This document shows, piece after piece, positions 45,601 through 60,200 of a stretch of DNA of 64,000 nt. The notes beneath the pieces were generated by a model. It searched no databases and was not told the DNA's origin. It worked only from the letters and a program-made list of their open reading frames with translations. Position numbers and translations under genes: made by a program. The number at the start of each line of letters is the position of its first letter. Within the stretch, counting starts at the first letter, position 1. Source of the DNA: Cyanophora paradoxa CCMP329 (lineage: Eukaryota; Plantae; Glaucophyta); NCBI GenBank assembly GCA_004431415.1, contig QPMI01000429.1, positions 1-64,000 on the forward strand, in the 5' to 3' direction.

Positions 45601-46900
45601 GCAGCGGGCGGACGGCGCCGAGGTCCTTGAAGGTCGGGTCGCTCGAGAAGTAGCCCGCGATGGGGTACTCGCTCGTCAGGTTCGCGAAGCGCCGCACCAC
45701 CTCCGGCCGCGCGTGCTGCTCGCTCGGCGCGACGCCCACCGCCAGCACCACGAACCCCGCCCGCGTCCGCATCTCCTCCAGCAGCTGCCGCCCGGCCCCG
45801 TCAGCGGCGCCCCTTGCGCCTCGCCCCGCGCAGCTTACCTCATCGCGGTACTCCCGTGTCTTCCGCCACGCCTCGCCGTACCAGACCCTGCGGGGATCCG
45901 GTGGTCCGGAGTCAGCAGTCGCCGTCGGCGCTGGATCGGGGTCGGGGCGAGGCGCACCGCGGCGAGCCGTCGGAGTTTATGCAGAGGTCCGTGAGGAGGA
46001 CGCCCGCAAGCAGCGCGCGGGCCGCTGGCTGCCGGAAGACCGCCGACCCGTCCTCGAGGAAGAGCAGCGGGCGCTCGCCGAGGGGCTTCTGCTCTGCCAG
46101 CCGCTCCAGCAGGGCCGCCACCGCGCTCGGCGACTTGGCCGCCCCCACGCCCGCGAGCAGCACCCCATCGAATCCTTTCGCCTCAGCCTGCTTCCAGCGC
46201 TCTGCGCACTCGGCGTCGGCTCACTGGCGTCACTTTTGATCCCGCGCCGCCAGCGCACCGAAGACGTCTTCGGCATGGTCCCCGGCAGCCTCCGCGAGGT
46301 CGAAGCGCGCGATGAAGCGCACACGTGGAGCTGGAAAGTTGGCGGCTGCAGCTGGTTTCGAGCACGACTCGGCCGCGGCCGCGGCAGCCAGCAGGTCCTG
46401 CAGGTCGATGTCGACTGCTGCAGGGTCTGCGGTAGCGCAGGAGAAGTCAACTGACGCTTAGGTGTGCGGGCGTGCGCGTGCGGGCACTCCGGGCTCATGC
46501 ATGCACACCTAGAACCACGAGCTCGAAGTCTCTGCTGTCAACGAGCGCCCTCTTGACATCGTGCGCACGAGAAGCAGTTATCCGGCTGCAAGAGCGTAAG
46601 CATATACATGTGCTGCAGCCTGCACGGCTGCGACCGCGGGCCGGCGCGCACCCGAGGTATATGGCAAACGAGGAGACTCTGGAGAGGAGCCGATCGCTGT
46701 TCGAATCGCCAGTAGAAGAACTGCCATCTGCGGTTGCGCGCTTCGGCTTCCTGGCGAATAAACTACGCAGGCCAGCCCGCGGCGCCGAGCCGCCAGGCAT
46801 CGCGCGAGGGCCCGCCGCCGACAAGCCAGGCCGCTCCTGCAGCGAGCTAAGTGCGCAAGCGCGTGACAGCTCTGCGAGTCCATTCCTGCTGGACCAGACC
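30666..46900 (-). CDS. Very large membrane glycosyltransferase, GT4/PelF-like, resembling fungal Gtb3; copy 1 (5' end approximate)
   Basis: C-terminal GT-B motifs LKDIKTAVRAA, LMLNSSRSEGLPLALGEAGLCGLPVVCTD, GSKEII; PelF-like WDHSILYRE; multi-TM block ~40.1-43.0 kb; N-terminal SFAIYLG and GFDGVLLAG; P/E-rich tail. Confidence 0.8.
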
Positions 46901-47069
46901 CACTTCCCAAATCAGCCGTACCCCTGCGTTGCGATCAAGTTAGGATCAAAACCACTTCCCGGCAGATGACGTGGCTCCCGCACACGCTCAAGCCCCTAAA
47001 TTGAGGCTACGTGTATTCCAGCGCAGCTCATGCTCGGCCGCAACGCGCGATGCGCATGCCATCGCAGCA

Positions 47070-47280
47070 CGCGCCCATCATGGCATGATCATGATCATGA
47101 GCATGTCACAGTGTCATGATCCGAGCAAATTTTTTTTTCACGCGCCCATGATCATCATCATCATGGCATGCCATGATATCGATGATCATGAGCATCATGG
47201 CATGTCATGATCATTGCAGGAATCCGCGGCCGGCCGGGCGCAGACCGCCGATATATGCATCATGGCATGCACATGCAGCG
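47070..47280. repeat. CATG/ATCATG-rich low-complexity tract upstream of copy 1
   Basis: Repeated catgatcatg / catggcatg units. Confidence 0.6.
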
Positions 47281-47757
47281 GCTGCGGCCGCCGTGCTTGA
47301 GCTTCTCGAGCTCGGGTGAGGCCATTTGCGTTTTCATTTGAACGTTAATGTTTCATTGACATTCCGCGCTGCAGCATGCAAATGATCGCACAAATTCCTG
47401 AACAACTGACTCAGTGACTGTTCTGTTTATGGACGAGCGCAGAGCACAGTGAACAATGCGAAGCCAATGTGGCACGATGTAAATGCTGGCGAGAAACGCG
47501 ACACTGAAAAAGCTGCAATCACGCACTTTCACTCAAAAGCTGTACATGTGAAGTCACTGTCACTGATGATCACCAATCACGACGCAATACACGCAAGCCG
47601 CGTAATATCGAGGGGCCACGCATTGCAAGCAATAGCTATTGGCGATCTAGACTTCCTAGCTTGGGGAGAAGAGGGAAACGGTGGAGGATCATGATCAAAT
47701 AAGAACGATGAAGGAAAAAGATTAGTGACAATCTAGACTTTAAAAAGAAGAAAAAAA

Positions 47758-47804
47758 GCTGCGGGCTGCGGGCTGCGGGCTGCGGACTGCGGACTGCGGA
47801 CTGC
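47758..47804. repeat. Heptamer microsatellite (GCTGCGG)n/(ACTGCGG)n
   Basis: Directly visible tandem run in the spacer between the duplicated genes. Confidence 0.85.
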
Positions 47805-48284
47805 AGCTGCTTACTCGCAAATGTAAGAATTTGCTTTGGGATGCTTTGATCGATCGATATCGCGGAAATAGAAAGCCACTCTAAGATGCGTAAAATTCGC
47901 TTTGCACTCTACTCGCACTTGCAAAAAGATCGCCAGGCTGTGCAGAAAAAAAAGAATTTACAGGCGGGCGTTCTGAGCTCTCAGAATCGCTGCTTCTACC
48001 TAACGGAAAAAGCGTAACAAGCTAAGCCTAAGGCAAGGAAGGCTGCGTCGACGTCCAGGATGATATTTGCAGCGGCTGCACAGAGTCTGAAACTAGTAGA
48101 TGCGGACGTCCAGATGAAAGGTTTGGTCCACGTCTATGCTGAGTCTAAGACGAATGATATTTGCAGAGGCTGTATACGTACAGAGTCTGAAACTAGCGAA
48201 TGCGGATATCGAGCAGAAAGGTATAGTCAACGTCTATGCGGAGTCTAAATGCGGATAATTGCAATTGAGATCCAATCTTGACGT

Positions 48285-51200
48285 TCACTCAGTGAGCTGA
48301 AGCCTGCGCGGCCCGCGCCGGAGGGCCGCAGGGTCCGTTTTGGGCTTGCCGCCGCCGCAGAAGAAGAGATCGAGGGCGGCGCGGGCGGCGGCGGGGTCGG
48401 CGAGGGCGGGGGCGGCGGGGACCGCGGCGAAGGCGGCCTCCTCCTCCGCGTCGAGCACGCGGACCTCCGCGCGGCCCGGCAGCGGGAGGCCCTCGAGGAG
48501 GGCGAGGGACTTGGGGAGGGGCAGCCCGAGCAGCGCCCCCGCCGCCCCCGCTGACCCCAGCTTCCCCCCCGCCTGAAGCTTTCCCCCCTCCTCGAAGCCG
48601 AGCGTGGCGGCGCCGTCCAGCGGCCGCGAGACGGTCACCGCCACATCCTCCGCAGCGCCCTCCGCCCCGCCGGCAGCCTTTGCCGGACTGTCCGACTGGT
48701 CAGCCGGTTCTCCAACCGCCTGGGCGGGCACGCCACTGCCGTCCTTCGCCGGCGGCTCGAGCGCTGAGCTTGCCGCGTCGTCTACAGCCTCGGGCCCTCC
48801 GAATGGTGATGCGCGATCGGACTCTGGTGACTTTGGCGGCCCCTCCAGCCCGCCGGCCGCCTCCGCCGGGTTTGCAACACGGGGCGACGGCCGCTCGCGC
48901 TGCCCCGCGGCGGAGGTCGCCGACTCTTCGGAAACGGGCTGTGCGCGGACGCGGGGCGGGGCGGAGGCGGCGCCGGGGCGGGGGCCGGCCTCGAAGCCCT
49001 CGAGGCGCTGGGCAATGGCCGGCGAGACGCGCCGCCGCGGCCTCTGCTGCGCAGATGACCGGTCCTCCTCGTTCTGCGAGCCCCGCTGTAGCTGCCGGCC
49101 CCCGAATTCAGAAAGCTTTGCCCCCAACGGCCCGTTCGGGGCTGGCCCCAAAGCGGGGGGGATGCCACTGCGAGCTGCAAAAGCGGCGCGCGGCTGCTGC
49201 ACCGCCGGCCGCGCGGGGCGGGGCGGCTGCGACGCTGGCCGCGCGGGCGGGGCTGGGGCTGGAGCGGCGCCGGCGGCTGCCAGCGGCGGGTGGCGGCCGA
49301 CGAGAAGCCCGAGGAGCGGTAGGGCGGAGGGGCCGCCCGCGCCGGAGGCGGCGGGGGAGGCTCCGCGGGGACGGCGGCCGGGCTGGCCGCAGGAGCCTCG
49401 AGGGGCGGGGCCGGCGACGACGGGAGGGAGGCCAAAGGCTGCTGCTTCATATCCCCTTCCACACCGATCTCCGCCGCTCGCGCAGGCACAGGCGTCTTCG
49501 GAGTGATCGGCGCCGGGGCTGCCGCGGCAGGCTCAGGCTCGGCTGCCGGGGTGCGCTGGGCTTGGATGGCGGGTGCAATGGGCGCGGCGGGCGGCCTCTC
49601 CACCGGCGCAGCGGGGCCCTCCCGCCCGGGACCGCCCTCTGCCGGCCGCTCCTGGGTGCCGGCCGCACGTCCAGGGCCCGTCGGTTCCGCTCTCTGCGAC
49701 GCTGCCCAGGCTGGAAGACGGCGAGGAAGCATTAACGGCAACGGCTTAGATCCCGAGCTGGCGCTCAACTCGGTGCCGGCAGCAGCCGGCGCCTCTGCCG
49801 CCGCTTGGGCGGCGGCGTCGCCCTCCGGCAGCCGCAGCCCCGCCGCGAGGCCGGCGGGGGTCAGCTTGAAGGCGCGCGAGGCGGCGTCGGCCCTCCTGTA
49901 CACGGCCTCCACGGCCGACTCCTCGCGCTCGCCCGGCAGCTGGTACAGGCCTCCGCCGAAGGGGTACCGGAGGTCCCGGACGGGGAAGGCCGGCGCCGGG
50001 GCGGGGCCCTCGACGGCAAGGGGGTAGTCCCACATGTACGTCGGCGGCCGCGGCGGGAAGGCGGCGGGAGGAAAGAGGCCGTCCATGGAGTCGCGGGCGT
50101 AGGAGGGCTCCGGCCCCGGCTCCTCCTCGAGGTAGTCCCAGAAGTGCGGCACGAGCTTTGCCGGCGACGACGGGGCCGGCGCGGCCGGCTCCTCCTCCGG
50201 GTACTCCCACAGGCGCGGCAGCGCGCGCTCGGGCGCGGCGAGCTCGATGTCGAGGGCCGGCGGGTCCTCCTCGCACGCCGGCAGCGGGTCCTCCTCCTCC
50301 GGCGCCATCGCCACGACCGGCGGCTCGGGCGGCGGCGAGGCCTCCGCCTGCACCGCCTCCACCTCGACTTCCCGCCGCTGCGGCTCCGGCTCCGGCTGCG
50401 GCTGAAGCTCGGGCTCCGGCTCCGCCTCAGACAGCGGCTCCGGCAGCGGCTCCGGAGCGGGCAGAGGCGAGGGCGCCTCGGGCTCGGGCGCGGGCGCGGG
50501 CGACTCGGCCGTGAGCTCCCACAGGAGCGGCACGGGCCGCTCGCCCGGCAGCCGCGGCGGCCGCCACGCCGGGGCGCGCCGCCGCAGCGAGCCCGCCGAC
50601 AGCAGCCGCGCGCTCTTGACCACGTCGCTCGGGCTCGGCGGCACGAGGCCGGGCTCGGCGGCGGAGGCTTGGGCGCGCCGGATCGCCAGCAGGCGCTCGC
50701 TCACCGCCCGCCCGCGGGCTCCGCGGCGGGCGGGCAGAGGTAGAGGTCGAGGAGGCGGCCGGGTGCAGGGCGGCGGCCTCACCGGCGCGCCGCTCGTCCT
50801 CCCACAGCGGCGCGAGGAGGTCCGGCGCCGTCGGGCGGGCGGCGAGGATGGCGAGGGCGCGGGCGGGGCGAGCGGCGGGTCGCCGGGGCCGGGCGGGAGT
50901 CGACGGGCGGCGGGCGCGGCAGGTCGATGGTGCGCGGCCACTGCGCCACGACCGACGCGAGCGCCGCGGCGAAGAAGGGCGCCGGGGCCCGCAGCGGGGC
51001 CGCCGCGGCGCCGGCCGGCCGCGCGGCGAGGGCGAGGCGCGGGCCTGCAGCTCGCGGTGGCGGACCGCCCACGCCCAGATCTGCTGCTCGTGCTCCCGCT
51101 TGTACCGGTCCTGCGGCGGGTCGGCGGGCGCGGCGCAGCAGGGCGGGGGTGCGGGCGGACGAGGCCGAAGGAGGCGGCGACGTTGGCGCGGTAGCGCATG

Positions 51201-54200
51201 CCGAGGCGCTGCCGCAGGAGCTTCGCCTCCGCCATCCGCGCCCGCAGCGCGCCGGGGCCGCCCCGCAGCAGCGCGTCGAGCGAGGGGCCCGGCCGCGGCT
51301 CCCCCGCCAGCTCCGGCAGGTACCCCGTCATGCAGAAGACCTGCCCCGGTCAGCGCCGGCGGGCGGGCGGCGGGCGGCAGGCGGCGGGGCGGGACCTCGA
51401 GCTGCGCGCGGGCGAGGGCGGCGTGGTCGACGGGCGGCACGAGGGCGCCGAAGACGCGCGACGGGTCCTCCGGCACTTGGATGATCTCCTTCGACCCCGC
51501 CACTGCCCCGGCCGGCGGCGTCGGCCCGCTGGCGCGGCGCCGGGCGGCTGGCGCACCGTCCGTGCAGACGACGGGGAGGCCGCAGAGGCCGGCCTCGCCC
51601 AGCGCGAGCGGCAGGCCCTCCGAGCGCGACGAGTTCAGCATCAGCCTGCGCGCCCGAGCCGTGAGAACGCGACCCGAACCCGAGAGCGGCACCCAGCTCA
51701 CCAGCCGCGGGGAAGCACGATAGGAGCATTGCCGAGACCGCAGAGCGTAACGTTCGTCTCGAGGCCGTTGGCCAGGATGAAGGCTCGACAGTCGGCGGCG
51801 TGCGCCGGGTCTGCGACGTGCAAAGTGTGAGGGCAAAACTTTAAATGTTTCGTGGTTTCTAACACAAATATACTCTTCCGCACCCTTTGTGGTGTCGCCG
51901 TAGACGAGGAGCTGGTACTCGCGCAGGCCGTACTCCTCCACAATCACCTGCAGTCGTTAGCGAGACGAGTCAGCTGACAGACTCGCTGATTCGCCAGCAG
52001 TTCTGATATGCTACCTTTGCGGCTTGAATGGCCGTCTTGATGTCCTTTAGCACGTTTACATGTGAGACCTGCTCGCGGAGTTCAGCTCTTAGCGTGCTTC
52101 GCGATGAGACGCCCGGAGGTGCTCCGCGCACCATCACGGACGTCGGGCGGGGTCGCTCGGACTCGCGGCGCGGGGCGAAGCGGCCCATCAGCATCCCGTT
52201 CACGACGGGCGAGAGCTTGCGCCGCATCGCCACCGTGCGCCCGTCGTGCCCACGGCCGCCCCCCATATGGGCCTCCCAATCACGATTGAACGTTGCACAG
52301 CAGGAAACGATCTGATCCGGAGCTGAGCAGGCGCGAAAGGACGGCATTATTGGTGGGTTCCGCACGGTGTCGGCTGCGTGATAGTTGACAAACATGGTAC
52401 CACGAAAGAAGCAACAGATTCCATATTTGACCTGTCAGTAATCCGAAATCCAAATAAAGGAAATTGATTCGCGAAGATCAAACGAAGGGAATTGATTCCA
52501 TTCGGAGCACGGACCCATTGGTGAAGACATTTGTCATCGTTCACGAAACGGATGAATTCACGGAATGCAATGCTATCTGTGGATCGATTAATTCCATGAA
52601 GACAAAAAACCGCACAAAAGCCAAGGAATTCGAATTAAGCGCACGGTCCCAGTTGATCATCCCGCTGCCGTGCATGACCTTCGCCGCAACGCCCAGCGCC
52701 CCCTGGATGCCTGCGAAAACACGAGAAGCACAACGGTGAGAGGCGGAGCGAAAACGGCACACGCGACAATGGCCGCCCTCGCACCGTGGTGTGAGGCGTG
52801 CGTCACGAGGTTGGCGACGGGCGTCGACCCGTACGGACGCAGCACGTGCCGCAGCATGTACTCGTACGCCGATTCCAGCTCCTCCACTGCCGGGAGGTGA
52901 GATTGCTCGACGAGTGACGCAGTGGGACCCACCGTTGCACATCTCGATGCGGGCGAAGGGGCCGCTCTGCGCCATGCGATATGCGTCCTCAAGCCTGCAT
53001 CGGACCGGATGAGCGTGCCATAAATCGCTAATGTGGCATTGCAAACTACAAAGGTACCAGAAGCGAGTGTAGACGGCGCGGGCCTCGGCGCTGCCGGCTG
53101 TCGCGTTGAAGTCGTACGTGCGCAGGTCTGGCGACCGGCTGTGGTTAGACTGAGGCAGCAAACACGGCGTGTAGGGGCGGACAGAGGGCGAAGTTGGCAT
53201 AGGCAACAATCGCGAGGTCGAGCTCGCGCCGCGTCGGGCGCGGGTTCGCGTGCAGCGCCAGCATCTGCACATTCAAGCCATGTCAGATGAAAGCGCCGTC
53301 GACGTCGCAAAGCAAGACGCGCGCACACGACGAAGGACGGGAACGAAGAAGCGGCGGATGACCCGGGAAGAGGTGCGCCAGCGCCGGGCGGCGAGCAGGC
53401 CGTACGGCAGCGTTGCCAGCTCGTGCTCTCCCTGTTGCGCCTCCGGAAGCTGCAGCGAACAGATTGAGGCGCGGAATGAGATCTAGAGCTAGTGCATACG
53501 CCGACGCACTCCGGTTGCGTGCCAGAGGGGCGTGAACTGCAGCGACCGCACATTGCGCGACACATTGTAGCCATCGGGCACGACTGCGAAAACCGTTTGC
53601 GTTCGCGCGCATGCATGTACAGAAATGAAATGTAGGGAAAGCGCACGGCGGGCCTCGGTGCCCAGCTCGATTGCGGCGTCCCACCGCAGACGCGGGAGAG
53701 TGTCCACCAGGTCGCGCCGGCACGCCGCCACGCCCTGCGCATTATGTGCGATCAGACGCCGAAAGCATCCGGAGCTATATCTAGCAGGCCTAGGGACGCA
53801 CGCCGCCGTCCATGGGCCAGGTGCCCGTGTCGACGTTCGTGACGGGCAGCGGGGCGGCCTCGTTCCAGCGCGCGAAGAGCGCCGGGTCGTCGGGATCGGC
53901 CCCCTCCGCCCCCGCCCCCGCCCCCGCCGGCGCCTCGGCCTCCGCGATCGAGTACCTGCGGCGCATCAGAGCGCGCCTCTGACGGGAACGACGGGGCGCA
54001 CCGCTGCGACGCGCCGCCGCGGCACATGTCGAACAGGTCCGACGTGCGGAGGGCCATGAGCGTCCGCACGCCCTGCGCGGCGTCAGACAATCGCCAAACG
54101 CGCGCGGGGGCCGAGCGCGCCTCGTTGTTGAACGCGATCGCAGCGACGATGTCCGATTCGCGCTCCTGCAGCTCCGCGCGGGCCGCCTCCAGCAGACCCC

Positions 54201-57200
54201 AGTCCCGCAGCCGCCAGTACCGCCGCAGCATCGGCTCTGCCCGCAGCAGCGCCTCGTCCCACTGCCGTGCCTGGGCTCCATCCACCGCGCCCTGCACCAC
54301 AAATCAGCGATAGAAGCTCAATTTAAATGAAATGTATCACCGCACCGCGGCCCAGGCGCGCCAGAGCGCGGTTCGCGCCTTCGCAGTCGGCATCGCCCCC
54401 GACGCGACGCTCCGAAAACGGCGCTTGCGACGCCAGCCCCGAGGCGGCTTCTCGAACTCTTCTCGATCACTCGAGCTCGGAAGCGGGGCAAGGAGATCCT
54501 CCTGCCGCAAGTGTCGGTGAAGCTCGCCGACTCTTTGCGGCGACGACTGCGGTTGCACCTGATAGATGGAGGCGACGTGCTGGAGGCGGGAAATCAGTCC
54601 AAGCGTGTCTTTCGCAACCTGCGAACAGATTTCGCGCCAAAGTCCTCGTAATCGGGCATGCGAGAGCACGAATGCTCACCAGCTCCGGCGTCTCACACGG
54701 CTCGCCTGTGTCTGCATTCACCTGCAAAAACGTGAATTGCATTCGGAAAGAGCTCGAGATCACGCAGACGCACCGTGCCAATGCGCGCGTGGCTGGGGTG
54801 GCCCCACGAGTACGTCGTCCGCAAGGTTGGCACCCCTTCCTCACGCACTTCGACCTGCGTCCGATGTAAGAAGGGCGGGCCCGGATATCTACACTGGGGA
54901 CGTCAGACCTGCTTGAGGAGGAGGGTGTGGGGGTACAGCTCGACGAAAAGGGCGCCCGTGCGACGCGGGCCGAGCGGCACGCCGGCGTACTCGGCGGCCA
55001 CCGCGTGCGAGTCGGCCAGCGGATCATCGCTTGGAAAGCTGTGGAAAGCCGAGACGGGCTGCGGAGAGCTCTTGTCCCACGACGGCCGCACGTACACCAC
55101 AGCCGCCACCTCGCGTCCCGTCGCGTCGTACCGCACCTCCTGCGACCGCCTCAGTCCTTTGAGCACAGCGAAAAACTGACCAGCGCGCCTGCACAAGTCC
55201 CGCTGGGCGCGGCTCTCCGTCCTTCAGAAGCGGCTCCTCGAACATCTGGCAGCAAGAACGAATCTTAAGAACGAAACGGGTTGAGCAACCCTGTTTCGAG
55301 AGCACCTCGCCCTGGTAGACGCGCTTGGCGCTGGGGACGTGCTCGGGGAATCCCTGCGGGGCGGTCAGGGGGGATGCAAGCAGGCAAATTGTTGAGCTTG
55401 CCTCACGGGAACCGTCATACGAGTAGAAGGCGGTCCATTGGACGGCGTTGCTGCGGTAGTGCAGGCGGCGGCGGATGCGCCCGTCGCCATCGTACTCGGC
55501 CCGCACGAAGGAGCACTCGCAGCCGGCCAGCGAGAGCGCAGCCTTGCCGCCCTCCTTGCCCGAGGCGACCCCGACGTGGCCCACGCACGTCCGTTTCGGC
55601 TCCCTGCGGCGCGTCGGCGGAGGGCGGCGCTGGCGGCGGGGCGGGCCGCACGCGTCGAGGAGGCCCGGGAGGACGTGGACGGCGAGCACGCGGCCCGCCT
55701 CGTCGGGCGCCCGCCGCACGAAGCCCGTCACCGGCCCCTGTATGGCGAGTGAGGCACGATGGGCGCAGTGGGCGACATGCGCACGTCGAACAGGTTGCAC
55801 TGGACAGCGGCGACGAGGCCGTCGCGGCGGAGCTCGCGGCGGTAGATGCCGCGCTCAATTGCGCGCTGCAGCGCCCGCAGCTTCGGCGAGAGTGCCATGG
55901 CGATACCCCAGAAGAGGGCCTCCGCGACGGGCCGGGCCGCCGCGTGCACCAGCAGCATCAGGTGCGATGCCAGCCTGCCGCTCTATCAATGATGGCGCAA
56001 AACATGCACAAGGAATTCGCGAGTGCGCACGGGTAGAGAGGCCAGGCGAGGCAGCCAGCGCGGACAGCGGCGTCGGGCCCCGGCTCGCGCGGCCCGTGCA
56101 GCGCGTAGCCGTACCTGCGACCGCGCTCAGCATCTCTACGAAGCGAAACTTCTGCAGCAAGAACACGGACTCGGCGGGGAATGAGGGGTCGCCCGTGATG
56201 GCGAGGAACCAGAGGCGAGCGATGAGCTGCACGGGCGTCAAACCGGCGAGGCGCGTGGCGCGGACCGCGCACGTGCAGCTGCTCCAGCGCCCGCGCCGCG
56301 AGCGAGTCCGGCGCCCGCGGCAGCCGCACGTACAGCTCCTCGGGTGCCAGCCGCCCGCCCTCCTGTGTTACCGATTCGGAAAAGGAATTCGCGCACATGA
56401 ACAGTGAACTCACGAGGGGCTTCGGGGCGGCCTCCGGCTCCGGCAGCTCCAGGGCGGGCGCCTCGGCGGGCCTCGCTGCGGCCTCCTCCCGCGCCGCGCG
56501 CCCGATCGCGTGCGCGAGGCGTGCCAGCAGCCGCCCGCGCTCTGTGAAAACAATTTAAGCACGTTCTTGGAAAACATGGATCGACGAGAGCGCACCGCAG
56601 GCCTCGCGCCACGCGGCGGGCTCGACGGGGCGGCCGTACAGCTCCGCGAGGGCGGCGCGCAGGGCGGCCTCCCCAGCGGCGATGGCGGCTCGCCTGACAC
56701 TCCCCGCGAGACACGCGAGGGCGACGGCGCGGGCGCCCCACGGCAGATCCGCCCAGCGCCGGTCCACGTCGACCCCCGCCAGCGCCGCCGCCGCTGCAGA
56801 GGAGTGCGCCCGCGCCGCTAGAGCTGCCAGTGCACCGCCATCGCAGCGCCGCAGCTGCGGCAGGAAGCGGGCGGGGACGTAGTCCGGCGCCGGCGGATCC
56901 TGCTCGCTCAGCAGAAGCTCGGCGGCTGTGGCGCCCGTGCCGCCGGGCGCGTCATCGTCCGCCGGGCCGAACGCAGCGGCCTCCGGGTCGACCCGCCGGC
57001 GCGCCTTGTCGAGCGCGTGCAGCATCAGCTCCGCCACCGCCGCCGCAGCGGGGCGCTCCCCGACCGCCGCCTCCGACACGAACAGCCGCGCCTGCATTGA
57101 GCTGTCGGCGACAGCTGAGCTGCCGCATACTCTGACGGGGGCGCACCGGCGAGGAGCGGTGGTACCAGCCAGCAGGCACGTACAGCGCCGCCAGCGGGTA

Positions 57201-60200
57201 CCTGCGAGTCGTTCAGTTTTGAAATATATATATATATATACAACTCTTTATCGAATTGTGAAACGTGGCGCACCGTCCGGCAACGGCGAGGCCGCTGACG
57301 AGTGCATGCGACCCGTCGACTGCAGCGAATGCTTCCGACACGACAGAAACCTGCGGCCGCCGCCAAATCAACGGAAGATCCCCGACGTCAGTCCGCAACA
57401 GTGCGCACCTGAAGCCCCTCGCCATCGGCGAGGGCGTCGTGGGCCTCGGCGAGCAGCTCGGGCCCCGCCGGCACGGCGCTCAGCAGCGCCGAGTGGAAGC
57501 CGCCCCGCCCGAGGCGCCGCGACGCCAGCCCGCACAGGAAGGACGCGGCGGCGCGGACGGCGCTGGAGACAACGCGGACGCCGGAGCCCGGGCCGGCCCT
57601 CGCGAGGCGCGCGGCGAGGGCGCCGATCTCCTCCGGCGCGGCGGGGCACGGCTGCCCGACGAGCCGCACCGCCACGCAGCGAGCGCCCCGCTCCGCCTCC
57701 GCCGCCTCCTGCGCGGTCGCCATGAGCGCCGGCGACGCGGGATGTCTCGGGCGGGGCGGGCGTGCCTTCGGGTCCGGGTCGTCGAAGCGGGCGGCCCGGC
57801 GGGAGAGGAGCGGGATGCCGTCGAACCATCCGTGCGCCCCCTCGAGGTACAGGAGCAGCTGTAGCAAAACATCAGCAATATGAAGGTAGAAAAGAATGTA
57901 CGCAGACGGAGAGACCTTGATAAAGAAGACACCCGCCCAGGCTCCAGCGAGGGGGGCCAAGAGGGCGTAGTCCAAATCGTTCGTCATCTTCACTGCACGG
58001 TGTATTAAGGTTGAGCATGGGCGCAGGAAGATTTGCGAGACAGAGCGTGCACCGGCGATGGAGCCTGCGGGGAAGCCGACACAGCAGCCAGCGGCGTAGG
58101 CCCATGCGACTTTGATCTTCTTCACGTGCTCCTCCGTCCACTGACGCAGGTGCCGCGTCAAGAAATAACCTGTTACGCGCGGGGGTGCACAGACCTGCAG
58201 CCAGCAGCAGCGATAGAAGATGTCGCTGAAGTACAAGACCTGTTTGGAGATAAGCGCGTGAGACTCTCGTGAACGACATTCGACAGCAAATGCCGCGCTG
58301 CGCGCCTGCAGGCCGAAGAAGGCGACACAGGCAACAGCATAGAGGACCCAGCCCCGCGTGTGAAAGTAGCCGCTGCGCAACGGTCACGATCCGGAGGTCG
58401 CGATTGTGGACGGAAGGCGGTACAGGGCGCACGAAGAGCTTTCGGTGAAGTACAAGAGGGCAGCCCCGAGGCCGGACACGAATGCACTGACAAGCCCGAG
58501 GCGCTGCGCACGGCTGGTAAACATGAAGCAGGTCACGGAGAATATTCTGACGCTGCGATCCGCACGGCGATTTCAGAGAAGAACAGGCGGTTGCGCTGCC
58601 GCTCCTCGTGCAGCATCACTTCCTGCGGCGTGGCGCCGTCCACCCCCACCCGCAGCTGCGATCGTCAGGTCAGCACTTGCGAAACCTTGTGTTGAAATAT
58701 AAATTCTAAGAAAGAGAGCAGACCCGATTCCAGGAGCGGGCGAGGCGCGGAAGGCGGGCCCACGTGGTCTCCATCATGCAGACCATGAAGATCAGCACGA
58801 AGACCGCCACATTAGTGCTGGCCTGAGAAAATGCAGCTCACTCAATAGACACACTTCTCTAATCATAAACATAGAAAACTGGCACACATTGTACTGCATC
58901 GATCCCAAAAGCGGTGCGTGGAAAAAGCGAACAAGGCGGTCCGAGAAGAGAAGAGCGAAGAAGAGCGCGCCCGCAATCGCCTACAAATTAAAGATGCGTT
59001 ATTCGAGGTTTTCCGAAATGCTCCCATGCACGCGTCCTGGCGCACGTGAGGAAGCGTTGCGTCGAAAACCGCCCCGCCGCGGTGCAGCCCGTCCACGCGA
59101 CGCTTGAGGGTCGTGGCCGCGACGCCCTCTCGCAGCAGCTCGTCCCACTGCCGCGTGAATGCCCGTGGCGGCTCCTTGCCCGCGTACCCCTACTGGTCGT
59201 CAAACCGAATCGCAAACGAGAACACAACTACACGCACCGCAGCCCACAACACGATTCCGCGCTCAGCATCTACGCGACCATCAGTCCAACAATATGATAT
59301 TAATGGTTCTTCTCCAAAAATCATCAGCTACACAATTGACGCACCGAAATTACGCGCCCTCGGAAGAACAAGCTAAATCATCGGAAAGAAAGATTCAGAA
59401 AAGATGGAACTGGTTTTGTTAGACTAGTACTTGAGCACCTCATCGAAAGTCGCCGGCCCAGCGAGAAACGGAAACCAGCGCCCCATGAACCTCCCCCGAT
59501 GAGCCGCCTGTGCACACTCTGCAGCGAATTTCGCCTGCCGCGCGCCCATTTGCCACAGTCAAGTAACAAGCATGCTATGGCGCACCCGAGCATCTGCAAG
59601 GAAACTGTCCCGGGCCTTGCGAGCGGCTTCTAGCGCCTCGCTGTCCTTCGCCACCTCCACAGTGAGCAGCGTCCCCTCCGCACGCGTCCACCACTCCAGA
59701 CACTGCAATGCGATTTCAGATGGGAACCACGAGCGATTGCAATGTTGGGGAGAATTCGAATGCACGGCAGCGTTGTCGGCGGCCTCGTTGCTTGACTTGA
59801 GCGGTGCGGGGGGATGACCCGTGCGCCGCGCGTACCACTGCAGATACTGTGAGGTTTATGGAAATGCAAGGTGGAAAAGAACTCACGGCAATCACATCGG
59901 CTTCGGCGGTGGGCTTAATGGTGTTGAAGGCCGTGTTGCGATGCTGCAATTGCGCGGCGGTGAAGAAGCCTAGAAGGGCGTCGGCGACAGTCAGAGCGAC
60001 GAGGTGGTTGTACTCGCGGCGCCAGACGTCGCCGTGCTGCACGTTGTAATCGAGAAGAAGGGAGCAGAAGACGGCGGCGAGTGCGGAAGCGATAATTGCA
60101 TGGCCCTCGGCCGACTTCCAAGCTGAAGAGCCCGTCGGATGCAGGGCGTAGAGCACTGCCGTCAGCGACACGAAGAAAGAGAACAGCAGCACGTAGACAA

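Noticed and set aside
48040-48260. Short degenerate duplication (cagagtctgaaactag...atgcgga) and 62-aa ORF between the duplicated genes
   Set aside because: Only two to three decayed copies, no termini and no coding signal.
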